Shown piece after piece: positions 10,981-20,676 of a stretch of 47,873 nt of DNA. The stretch comes from Chrysochromulina tobinii (lineage: Eukaryota). The stretch is from the NCBI GenBank assembly GCA_001275005.1, contig JWZX01003389.1, positions 1-47,873 on the forward strand, given 5' to 3'. The notes under the pieces were generated by a model. It was not told the DNA's origin. It saw nothing but the letters and a program-made list of their open reading frames with translations, and made no database searches. Every line of letters begins with the position of its first letter. The stretch's first letter is position 1. Position numbers and translations under genes: made by a program.

Positions 10981-11511
10981 TCAGATGAGCCAACGCGGCG
11001 CCGATTCGCAGTACTTTTCGTACTGCTTGGGAAAGGTTTGCGAGAGGAGCTTCTCCTCGGCCGCGATCACGATGAAATTGAGGTAGCACCACGTTAGCGG
11101 CGAGACCAAGAGCGGCCAGGCCGAGTTGATGAGGCACGACACGCTTGGAATGGCAAAGAAGATCACGGCCACATACATCGGGTTGCGCGTGAATTTGTAG
11201 AGGCCAGTAGTGGCCAGTCCATTTACCGGGGTGAAGAACGTGCCCGAGCCAGCAGTCTCGAGAGCACCGCTGGCCTCATCGAACTCCATCTTCGCGAACG
11301 CCAAAGCGCACGCCATGAATGCGATGCGGACCGGCAGCTTTGAGAGCGGCGCTGGCAGGAAGGCGAGCCGTTTCCCAGTGAGCTTTGCGAGGAGCAGGCC
11401 GGTCATGATGGTGAGCGCAACGGCAAACGGCGGAAAGATGGGAACGTCCGCGTATAAGTTGATCGGTTTGCCGACTGTCAGTTGCGGCGGCGGCGGGGGA
11501 GAGCCGATCAT
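10981..11511 (-). CDS. Isoprenylcysteine carboxylmethyltransferase / phospholipid methyltransferase (ICMT/PEMT) family membrane protein
   Basis: LATTGLYKFTRNPMYV and EEKLLSQTFPKQYEKYCESAPRWL match the family signature (GxYxxxRNPMY ... EE..L...F...Y..Y....PRW). Confidence 0.88.
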   Translation of the reverse strand: MIGSPPPPPQLTVGKPINLYADVPIFPPFAVALTIMTGLLLAKLTGKRLAFLPAPLSKLPVRIAFMACALAFAKMEFDEASGALETAGSGTFFTPVNGLATTGLYKFTRNPMYVAVIFFAIPSVSCLINSAWPLLVSPLTWCYLNFIVIAAEEKLLSQTFPKQYEKYCESAPRWLI

Positions 11512-11622
11512 GCTGGACGCCGATGCTGGACGCCGCGACAATTCATTCCGCCGACGTTCTCCGAGGTTCGCCGAAATTCGATCGACAAAACTTTTTTGAG
11601 TTCGAGGCTCCCCCTTTGGTTG
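11458..11622. repeat. 165-bp direct repeat, copy 1 (upstream region plus first 18 codons of the ICMT-like gene)
   Basis: Matches 13017-13181 with about 5 mismatches, counted by eye. Confidence 0.95.
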
Positions 11623-12176
11623 GCCTCGTGGATAAATTTTTCTCTAGGTATTTACAGCTGCTAGCTAGTATGTGTCAAGTCAAGTCTATACATAAACAAC
11701 AGACAACCATACGGAAGCCTATCGAATGTGCTCCGGCGGCCAGCAGTGGTGGAAGGGAGTGGGCGGAGATGGCGGAGGGGTTCCACTTGACTTGACCACT
11801 TGACTTGAGTATGTGACCAAATTCCAGAGCGGCGGCCGTTGTTGCTTGTCGTGTACTCGATAAAGGAAAATCACTTTAGTATACAGTTTCCTAGTGACAC
11901 TGCCCGCCCTGCCGACACGCTCCCTCGCCCGCGCGGATCGGCCGGCGGGTAACACGCGTTGCAAAAGACATTCCCACATGTGGTGGATATGGCAGCGGTC
12001 GACCGCACCGGCCGCTACACAAAACAGCCCCGCGGTGCACGCGGGGCTAACCAATCAGACCTCGCGAGCATTGCTGTTCTGATGCTCGGAGATGGGCGAG
12101 TCGCTTCATTGTCGCGTGTGCATGTGGTCTCGGGGCGACGAGCATTGCGACGAGAGCCCCCCCTCTCCGCTCTGTA

Positions 12177-13070
12177 TCAGTCGTCCTTCTTGACGAGCAC
12201 CGTGGAGTCGCTGAACATAATGTACCCGGCATGCGAGAGCGCGAGCCCGATTGTGCCGAGCAGCATCATGTTGAGCCGTTCGGGTGCAACGCGACCGCGG
12301 CCAAGAATACGCATCAGCGGCAGCATTGGAGCGTAGAGCAGCGGTACGAGCAGGTCGAAGCTGTCCTTGCGTCCCTGCTCATACCCGGCCGCGATTCGCT
12401 GCTCTTCCTGGAGCTGGCGCACCTCCTTCTCTTGCGGCGTGGCGCTCCCGATTCCGATCTCATAAAACGGCCTGCGATTGCGCAATTGTTCGCCTCGCAC
12501 CAGCTGCGCGTCCTCGACGCGGTAGATGCCGCCGCTGCCCTCCATCGTCTTTGCGAATCCCATCACGGCGACCGTCGAGAGCACCGCGACCATCTGGCCG
12601 TACACGCGCGTATGGATGAGCCGTTGCGATAGCGGCATGTGCGCCGTCGATGGATGAGTCGACTCACGGTAGAAGAGCGCGCCGTAGATGGGCCCGGCGA
12701 TGCTCATGATCGTCTTGAACGGGTGCGTGTACACCATGTTCGCCGCCTCTTGCAACGGAGAGAGCTCACGCTGGAAAATCGGCGCTGCGACCGTCTCAGC
12801 TGCGGCGAGTTGCGGTGCGATGAACCCATCCGCATCATGAAGGGCCTGGTTGATGGTCTGCTGCGACCGTAGGAAGAAGGCGCCCAAGCTGGGCGTGACG
12901 ATCAATGCGAGCTTCCCAGAGACGCCGAACATGCTGCGAAAGCGCGGGCTGAAGGCGTTCGCCGCCGCGACCGCGCCGCCAGTGACCACGGTCGTCACCA
13001 CGGCCGCGACTGTGCCGTTGATCGGGTTGCCGACTGTCAGTTGCGGCGGCGGCGGGGGAGAGCCGATCAT
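12177..13070 (-). CDS. HIG1 (hypoxia-induced / Rcf-like) domain membrane protein, probably mitochondrial
   Basis: HPFKTIMSIAGP ... LSQRLIHTRVYGQMVAVLS resembles the HIG1 motif (SQxLxxxRVxAQ); several transmembrane segments. Confidence 0.7.
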   Translation of the reverse strand: MIGSPPPPPQLTVGNPINGTVAAVVTTVVTGGAVAAANAFSPRFRSMFGVSGKLALIVTPSLGAFFLRSQQTINQALHDADGFIAPQLAAAETVAAPIFQRELSPLQEAANMVYTHPFKTIMSIAGPIYGALFYRESTHPSTAHMPLSQRLIHTRVYGQMVAVLSTVAVMGFAKTMEGSGGIYRVEDAQLVRGEQLRNRRPFYEIGIGSATPQEKEVRQLQEEQRIAAGYEQGRKDSFDLLVPLLYAPMLPLMRILGRGRVAPERLNMMLLGTIGLALSHAGYIMFSDSTVLVKKDD

Positions 13071-13181
13071 GCTGGACGCCGATGCTGGACGCCGCGACAA
13101 TTCATTTCGCCAACGTTCTCCGAGGTTCGCCGAAATTCGATCGACAAAACTTTTTTGTGTTCGAGGCTCCCCCGTTGGTTG
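13017..13181. repeat. 165-bp direct repeat, copy 2 (upstream region plus first 18 codons of the HIG1 gene)
   Basis: Matches 11458-11622 at an offset of 1559 bp. Confidence 0.95.
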
Positions 13182-13416
13182 ACTTGGAGAAGAACGTGCT
13201 ACGCTCCGCATGCATATGGGCCCAGGGGGCGAGGGCTGGGGACCCGCTTTTCTTTTCGTCTCTCTATACAAAAACTTGCACCCAGACCCGGCCTCCCACG
13301 CAGCCGGGCGGGTCGGCGGCGGGCGCAGGCCTGCGGCGCACGCCGCCAGCCGGGCCGGCATCGGTGCGAGGCAGCCTCTGTGGGTTACGCACACGCACCA
13401 GGCGGGGAGGCGACGA

Positions 13417-13464
13417 TGGCGGGGCGCGGCGCGTGGAGACTGGCGGGGCGCGGCGCGTGGAGAC
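13417..13464 (+). repeat. 24-bp tandem duplication tggcggggcgcggcgcgtggagac x2
   Basis: Two adjacent identical copies. Confidence 0.9.
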
Positions 13465-14143
13465 AATCGCGCCATCGTCGCCTCCCCCGGTTCTGCTCGG
13501 ACGCCGTCTCACATCGCCTTGCAATGCGCCCACGCTTCCTTTTGCTACCGTCCCCGTCGGGGCGGCGTTGGAGACGCCGGCGGCATCGAACCTGCGTGCA
13601 CCGACGCGCCCGATGGCGCGCGCCCCGTGGGGAACGCAAAGACGCACTCGACACTGTCGCATGACGACGGTCTCGAGCACAAGTACGGCTTCCATCGCTG
13701 CGGCCGCCGCCGCCGCCGCCGTGGGCGTCAAGCCGCAGGCCGAGGCACCACATTCGGCGCCGGTTGCGCCGCGCAACGCGCTGCGTCGGCGCCTTCGCCG
13801 CCGCACCTGCAAAGCACGCGCGCGCGCTCAGCGCCATCGATCCGTGCTGCGGGCACGAGCTGGCCCGACTTGGGAGTCCGAGCTCAGCTCCTCCGTAGCG
13901 CGCGCGCGTCATGGCGCGCGGCGAAAGGGGCGGGCAGGTCGATGGCAAATAGAGAGATGGTTGGGAGCAGCTCCGTCCTCCGACGCGCCTGGAGCCGGCC
14001 GCAGCGGGGCGGAGGCGCGCGTGCGCGCCATGGAAGAAGGGGGATATGGAAAAGTCGAGAACTAGATCGAGTTCTCGTCAGAAATAAAGGGGGTCCGAGC
14101 CATGAAGAGGCTGCTGCGCTCGCCTTTTTCAGGGTCCAGGATA

Positions 14144-14464
14144 ATGGCGACCATGAACTCGCACTTCAAGGTGAAGAACATTAACGGCACCAGCGGCGAG
14201 CGATACGCGAACAGCGGTAGCATGACCGGCTCGAGCTGGCTCCAGATCCGGCGGGAACACACCGGCTCGAACCGCACGACGTGCTGCGTGCTGGAGTGCT
14301 CGCACACCGACCTCGTCGGCGGACATGTCATGAAGTGCGACGGGCGCAGCAGCAACGAGTGGTGGCTGGCTCCGATTTGCAACAAGCACAACAACCACAA
14401 CAACACGGAGGAAATGTTCATCGACAGTCGCGTCACTCTGGTGGCCGTGCGCGAGGGAACCTGA
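14144..14464 (+). CDS. Small Cys/His-rich protein, HNH / His-Me-finger-like
   Basis: Intronless, good codon bias. VKNINGTS...SWL...CCVLECSHTDLVGGHV...WWLAPICNKHN fits the Cx(2-4)C...H...LCxx(C/H)N layout of HNH zinc fingers. Confidence 0.65.
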   Translation: MATMNSHFKVKNINGTSGERYANSGSMTGSSWLQIRREHTGSNRTTCCVLECSHTDLVGGHVMKCDGRSSNEWWLAPICNKHNNHNNTEEMFIDSRVTLVAVREGT

Positions 14465-14493
14465 TGATGGCCGTGCGCGAGGGAACCTGATGA
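14442..14493 (+). repeat. 26-bp tandem duplication spanning the stop codon (tggccgtgcgcgagggaacctgatga x2)
   Basis: Two adjacent identical copies. Confidence 0.92.
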
Positions 14494-14992
14494 GGGAGGA
14501 ACATTACTGTCGGACGTACCCCGCCGCTACGCCCCCCCTCCGCGTGCGGCTCGGTCAACCCTCGTCGGTGAGTACGGTAGTACACTCGCTCTCATTATGC
14601 TATAGTGAGCGAGAGGTCGGGTTCTCTCCCCGAGAGACGAGCGTGTACGGTGTAGGGACCGTTCGCCCTGTCGCTTTACGTATATCGGTATATCGCACGC
14701 CGCCCACGCGTTCCGGCTTCGCCCCACGTCTCCACCTTTTGCCTTTAGGTCATAGCTCATACATCCCTTTTGACACGTTGAGTCTGCTCTGAGCTCGTCT
14801 TGCGCATCTACACTCAAGTCTCAACCATGCGGCCCAGTTACACACATATCACCGCCCCCAAACCGCCCAGTTGGCGATCCGGGTCCCCACCCTGTCGTAA
14901 TCGCGTGTTCTGGGTCGTCCCGAGGCGCCCACCATGGCGCCCACACCTCGATTGCCTGTGCGGTACGGTCGCGCGCGCGTGTCTTCGCATGC

Positions 14993-17448
14993 TCAGTCCA
15001 GGAGACCCGTCTCTTGGAGCGTCTTTTCGAAGCGTTCCGGGTCGAGCACCGCACCCTTCTCGAGCGACATCTCGATCACGAGCATGAGCTTCTTGATAGG
15101 GATCCCCTTTGTCACCGTGCGCAGCACCGGCTCGATGTCGCTAATGTTGCCGATGCCAAGCTCCTTGAGCACCTTGATCGCCTCAATGGTGCCGAGAGAG
15201 GGCACGTGCAGCGTCACATTGAACGCGTCGAGCAGCTCGAGCGATTCGAGAGTCGCAAGCGAGGAGGTGGTCGCGAGGACGATGAGCTTCGACTTTTTAG
15301 GCACCTTTTTGATGCACGTGATCAGCGTCTGCAGCACCACGTTCGAGAAGCGCGGCCCGATGCGCACGTACTCGAGGAGCCGCTCTACCTCGTCGAGCAC
15401 GATCAGTGAGAGCGGCGACTTGTACGCGTCGTCGAAGACACGGGCGATCACGGCCGCCTTCTGAGTCTCACCCATACCCACGAGGCTCGTCGGCGCGAGC
15501 AGCTTGACAAACGGGAAGCCTGAGCGGAGGGCGAGCGTCGCCGCGAGGGCTGTCTTGCCGGAGCCCACGGGACCCTCGAGCAAGATGGAGAGCAGCGGGG
15601 TGCGCTCCGACTGCTGTAGCTGACTGATCAGGCTTGCCGCCGACTGTTGCAGCTGCTTGAGCTTCTCGCCGTACTCCACGATGCCCCCGCGCGCGCACAT
15701 CTCCATATCCTCGGTGGAGGCGCCAAAAGCTGGCAGGACGTCCTTCTGCGCACGCTCAAAGTCCGCACGCGTCACCTGGAGCTCTTCCACATTGACGGAC
15801 TTGATGTTGTCGACCTGCACTTGGCGCGAGAAGGCATACGAGGCCGCCGCCTTCACCAGACCCTCGATCTCAGCGCCCGAAAAGTTCTTGGTCTCGGAGG
15901 CGAGCACCTGCAGGTCGACGTCTTTGCCGAGGTAGTTGCCCTCACGCATGCTCTTCGTGTGAATGTTCAGGATCTGGACGCGGCCCGCCTCGTCGGGCAG
16001 CGAGATCTCGACGTGCACCTCGAGACGACCGGGCCGCAGCAGCGCATCGTCGATCATATCCTTCCGGTTCGTCATCCCGATGAGCAGGATGTTGTTCAGC
16101 GCGTTGACGCCATCGATCTTGGAGAGCATCTGGTTGACGACGGTGTCGCCCACGCCCGTGCTACCGGCGCCGCCGGAGCCGCGCTGCTTGCAGACCGAGT
16201 CGATCTCGTCGAAGATGATGATGTGCAAATCCGAGTCATCGCCTCGCTCCTTCATCTCGAGCTCGGCGTCTTCGAAGAGCTTACGCACCTGTGGGGAAAG
16301 GAGCGAGGCGTCGTGGTGAGCACATGCATGCTGGGCAGCTCGGCGTCCTCGAAGAGCTTACGCACCTGACGAAGATGGCCATCCGAGCCAGATCAGATCA
16401 AGGGGCTGGGATCCTATCTGACTCAAAGGCAATCCGAGGAAATCCGAGGCGATCCAGGTCCAGCAGAGGGATGCCGTCAGAGTCCATCAGTGGTCATCGG
16501 CCGCGCACGTCATCAGAGTCATCAGTGTCTGGCCGTCATCAGAGTCATCAGTGGTCATCGGCCGCGCACGTTGGCCTCAGACTCGCCGACGAACTTAGAG
16601 AGGATCTCCGGACCGTTGACAATCTTGGGCTCCTTACCGTTGAGCATCTTGCCGATCTGGCGCGCGATCAGGGTCTTGCCCGTGCCGGGGGGGCCGTACA
16701 GCAGCATACCCTTGACGTGCCTCACTCCCATCTTCTTGACGACTGCTGCCGGAAAGATGCGCGAGGCGAAGGCGCGGCGGAAGATGTCGCTAAACTCCTT
16801 GTCAAGGCCGCCAATGCCCATCTCGGAGAAGGAGAAATCGGCCTTGAAGATGGTCTTGCGGTTTTGGTCCTCGAGCCCGGTGATCACGATCGGCGAGCCG
16901 CCCGCCTTGGCGAGCAGCACCTGCGTCATCGTGCCGAGCACACCGCGCTTCACCACGCCCCCGCTGCCGCCCGCGTCCCCCTTGACGTCGCCGACCGCCT
17001 CGAGGCCGCCGATGGTCAGCAGCAGGTTGACGCCCTGGCACTCGGTTGCGAGCTGCTGACCCGTGGTCACATACTGCCTGCTGTAGCGCTGCAGGATCAG
17101 CCTCGAGAGCTCCTTGCCATCAATGGTCTGACCCGGCCGATGCTTGCTCGCCACGACGTAGTTGACCTCGATGGTCGCCGCGGAGAGCGGCGTGGCGTCG
17201 CGCTGCGGGAAGACAGCAACCGTGAGGGTCTCGCCCGCCGACACGCTGAGTATGCGCCGCTGGATCGAGTTGAGGCCTATGCAGTTTGCCTGCATGCCGT
17301 CGTGTGGCTTCAGCGTGTAGATGAGCCCCTTGATCTCGCCATAGAGCTCCTTGTCGCCGCCGAGCGTGCTGAGCGTGCTCTGGGTCACGTACACGCAGTT
17401 GGTGAAGGCGAGGCCTTGCGAAGGGGCATTGGCAACCGTGAGGTCCAT
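14993..17448 (-). CDS. NSF: Vesicle-fusing ATPase NSF (Sec18). Exons 17448-16570 and 16288-14993
   Basis: GIGGLDKEFSDIFRRAFASR, Walker A GPPGTGKT, LHIIIFDEIDSVCKQRG, second AAA domain GPVGSGKT. Intron 16289-16569 restores GESEAN|VRKLF. Confidence 0.97.
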
Positions 17449-17713
17449 GACGTGCTCCTGCTTTGACGTCGGGCTCCACGCAGAGCCAGGAACTCGAGCT
17501 CCAAAAGGTGTGAACACAGGCTGTTAAACTCTCAGTGAAAGTGCCTCATTCGGTAATCCTGTATTGCTTTCACGGTCGTATCGTTTACGTGTTGTGTGTA
17601 TTCATAATGAATATAAAGGTGATGAAGGGACAAGGAAGGCTTCATTGTAGGCCAAGGCGAGGCAAAAGAAAATACCCCAATCTCCCACCACCACCATGGC
17701 TCAGCTTGTTGGG

Positions 17714-18433
17714 CTACGGGCAGACGATTCTTTGCCCTCGAACGATCTTCTCGACGCAAGTTGCCTGGCTTTTCTGAGCACTTTCCTCGATGTAGGCCGG
17801 GTTGACGGCGCCAAAGACGAGGGCACCAAGCACGATGACAGTCGCCGCGAGCGATCCGGCCTCAACCACCGGATTCTTCTGGATCTCGGCATTGAGCTTG
17901 CCGCCGCCAAGCATTCCAGAGATGCCCCGCCTCGAGGTTTCAATCTCGGCTGTCTGGACCACTTTGCGCCCGTTGGCATCCTTGTCTGCAAGCTTGCCAT
18001 CGACGTACCTCTTGCCGTTGATCAGAGAGACGTTGGCACCGCCCGGGTTTTTCGTGCGAAGGTATACTTGGAATGCGATCTGGTAGATGACATAGAAGAC
18101 GAACACATTGACGCCGCCAAGGGTTGGCCGAAGGCCAATATCACCTTCCTTGGCCGCATTGCCGAGGCCAAATGCCCCGAGAGCCTCGGTGTCTGAAACT
18201 CGCTGAGCCACTTGCAGCAAGTCCACATCGGTCGCGTGTGCAGCGGGCACCATCGCTTGCGTCCACGTGCTGAGGAGCTCTGATGCCATGTTGACGTCTG
18301 TCATCAGAGTTCGCGTCGCGCGGCACCGACCAGCGAGGTCAGGGTGACGCGCACGGATCTGCACGGCAGCGCTGAGGCTCATCGCTGCCGACACGAGCAG
18401 CAACTTGCACAGGCTGCGACTGGTTCCCACCAT
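17714..18433 (-). CDS. Small membrane protein with signal peptide plus transit-like region, possibly plastid-targeted; function unknown
   Basis: MVGTSRSLCKLLLVSAAMSLSAA followed by an R/T-rich stretch; two hydrophobic helices (VNVFVFYVIYQIAF, LAATVIVLGALVFGAV). Confidence 0.6.
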   Translation of the reverse strand: MVGTSRSLCKLLLVSAAMSLSAAVQIRARHPDLAGRCRATRTLMTDVNMASELLSTWTQAMVPAAHATDVDLLQVAQRVSDTEALGAFGLGNAAKEGDIGLRPTLGGVNVFVFYVIYQIAFQVYLRTKNPGGANVSLINGKRYVDGKLADKDANGRKVVQTAEIETSRRGISGMLGGGKLNAEIQKNPVVEAGSLAATVIVLGALVFGAVNPAYIEESAQKSQATCVEKIVRGQRIVCP

Positions 18434-18490
18434 CGCGCCGCGGGCTGTGCGAGAACTGCGGTAAATGCATCTTGTGTGAACGTTAACACG

Positions 18491-18545
18491 GGTAAAATGA
18501 CACCGGGGGGAGTCGGGACACGCACGGGACACACGGACAGACAAA
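18491..18545. promoter_or_regulatory. Dispersed upstream motif, copy 1 (ggtaaaatgacaccggggggagtcgggacac...)
   Basis: Begins 58 bp upstream of minus-strand ATG 18433; homologous to copies at 20123, 44839, 44892 and 47803. Regulatory role is inferred. Confidence 0.5.
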
Positions 18546-18779
18546 CCTCACACAACCGGTGCTACGGCACAGTTACTTGGGTGCGGAGATTCGCGGTCGT
18601 TTCACAACCAAAGGTTCCGTAATCGAACCTCCGTGGACGCAGAGATGACCCCAAGCGCACCGGACCGGACCGGCGTATATACCGAGTTTGTGCCTCTACC
18701 CTCTTGCATTGGCCTCTTGCCCGGCGGCCGGCCTAGCATTTTGTCACACAAGGCCTTGTCAAGTACGACACACAGGCAT

Positions 18780-20072
18780 TCACTCGCACTGGAACGAGGC
18801 CTTCCGCAGGCCGTCCGCTCTCTGCTCGGCTCGGTGCGCCTCGGGCCGCCTCGTGTCAGCAAAGGGCGCCGCTCCGCCCGCGCGCGCCAGCTCGAGAAAG
18901 GTGCGCAGCTGCTCGTCGCTGCGCGCGAGCTCGGTGTACCATTGCAGCCGTAGCGCGGCGAGCTCGGCCGCGGGCAGCTGGCCGCGCGACTCGTGGGCGG
19001 CGTCGAGCAGCCTCTGGAGAACTAGGGCGGCAGCGACCGAGACATTGAATGACTCAGTGAAGCCATACATTGGGAGAAAGACACGCCGATCGGCCGCCGC
19101 GAGCATCGCCTTGGAGGACGCGAGATTCGATCGGTGGCACTCGGTGGCACTCAGAGGGGCAATCAGCGAGGCCATCAGTGCATGCATTCACACGCGTGCA
19201 TGCATTCACACCTGGGAGACGCCCGCACCCTCAGAGCCGACGACAATGGCGACCTTCGGTGGAAGCACGGCTGCAAGTGCCGCCACGTCACTCCCAAGCG
19301 GCAGTGCATCCTGCGCGAGGTCCGTCACCCAGAGCGCGCGTCCTTCGGTGCGCGCTGCGAGCACGCATGCGGCAGTCGACTGAAAGACCTGAACGTCCAA
19401 GTGCTGTGCATACAGCTGTGCGCGGCGCACCCCAAGCAGCGGATCGAAGCCGAGGCCTCGCTGCGCCGCCCGCGCCTCGTGCCGCCGCCGCGCGCGCGAG
19501 CACGCGAGGCGCTTCACGTCGGCCGAGGCATCGTCGGCCTCAGTGGGCTTCGTGGCCGCCTGCACAAGCCAGACACGCTGCACGCCGAGCGCCTCGCAGG
19601 TACGCATGATGGCGACGTGGTTGAGGTCATCGGAGCAGTTCTCGAGCACGAGGCAGACGCGCTCCGTGCGTCCGCAAAGCACCGTCTCCGCCTTGCGTGC
19701 CAGCCGCAGCGGATCGTCCACAGAGTCGGCCACGCTGGGCAGCACCACAGGGGTTCGGGCCTTGGCGGTGCGGGCGGCTACAGCCTGGGCACGCCTGGTA
19801 GCGGACTCCTCCAGGTACTCGGGCGTCGCTTCAAAGGTGGCAACGCATCCACGGCACTTTCGCAGATGGTCGTGTCGCCGCGCTTGCTTCGCTGTGTAGC
19901 ATGTGTGCATCTGCAGCCGCTTGCACATGCTGCACACGAGGAACGCTTTTGAAGAAATCTCGGATGATGAAGTCTCGGCATCCCGCAGCGCTCTACGCTT
20001 CCGGAATCGCAGCAGCACTAGGGTCACCACAGCGCACGCAGCGACGACAAGCGCGCGGCGCCCCGATGACAT
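18780..20072 (-). CDS. SpoU/TrmH-family RNA 2'-O-methyltransferase with N-terminal TM helix and C4 zinc-finger-like segment. Exons 20072-19212 and 19109-18780
   Basis: LVLENCSDDLNHVAIMRTCEALGV, AIVVGSEGAGVS|AMLAAADRRVFLPMYGFTESFNVSVAAALVL; intron 19110-19211 keeps the frame. Confidence 0.9.
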
Positions 20073-20122
20073 TTTGAGGCGAGGCCTGGAGTGTTCACAG
20101 CCACGTCACCCTACGGTTCGAC

Positions 20123-20142
20123 GGTAAAAAGACACCGGGGGG
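20123..20142. promoter_or_regulatory. Dispersed upstream motif, copy 2 (truncated by a MITE-like element)
   Basis: ggtaaaaagacaccgggggg, 51 bp upstream of ATG 20072. Confidence 0.5.
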
Positions 20143-20289
20143 CTACCGGTACCCGTAAGCAAGCAAGCAAGCAAGCCCACCCTTTCCTACTCTACTGGCA
20201 ACGAGGGTATTCGTTTGCGCTTGTTTAGATACTTGTGTTGTTTCGCCTAGACCCTAGTTAGCTTGCTTGCTTGCTACCCGTACCGGTAG
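20143..20289. mobile_element. MITE-like foldback element with ~29-bp imperfect terminal inverted repeats
   Basis: Left end ctaccggtacccgtaagcaagcaagcaagc; right end gcttgcttgcttgctacccgtaccggtag; non-coding interior. Confidence 0.55.
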
Positions 20290-20316
20290 TATAACCAACC
20301 CCAAGGAGATGTTCAA

Positions 20317-20357
20317 CAAGTTCAAGTTCAAGTTCAAGTTCAAGTTCAAGTTCAAGT
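20317..20357 (+). repeat. Hexamer microsatellite (caagtt)n
   Basis: About 7 tandem copies. Confidence 0.95.
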
Positions 20358-20676
20358 CTTGGATTCCCGCGTCGGCCTTCGCACCGCACGAGCACCCTCG
20401 GTGCTCGGTCATGTCGGGCGCAGCCGTGCCCGCGTGTGGCGGCCCGCGTCGCTGCGAGTGCGACACACTAAGTCGGCGGACACTAAAGGTAAGGCAACGC
20501 GCCATTCACCGCGGCACACGACATCAATAAAGTTGCGCGAGTAAGAATCTACGATGTTTTTCATCCAATTGGGCCCTTCGACTCCCCGTGCTCACTCTCA
20601 TTCTCCGTCTGGCATCTAAGTTTATCCGTGGGGGAGAGTCCGCAGGCACGTGTGCACAGCTCCAGCGCAGCACTCG

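Noticed and set aside
7200..11511. CaaX protein near an ICMT-like gene as an enzyme-substrate cluster
   Set aside because: Separated by unrelated genes, and the methyltransferase family has broad, uncertain substrates; likely coincidence.
13233..14101. Possible terminal inverted repeats (ggctggggacccgcttttc / gaaataaagggggtccgagcc)
   Set aside because: Too short and too mismatched to call an element.
13041..14184. Several 180-330 aa ORFs on both strands
   Set aside because: Arg/Ala/Gly low-complexity translations with no motif or consistent codon bias; probably non-coding GC-rich DNA.
14458..14510. CTGATGA twice, resembling a hammerhead core
   Set aside because: No stem II or GAAA follows; it arises from the stop codon inside the 26-bp duplication.
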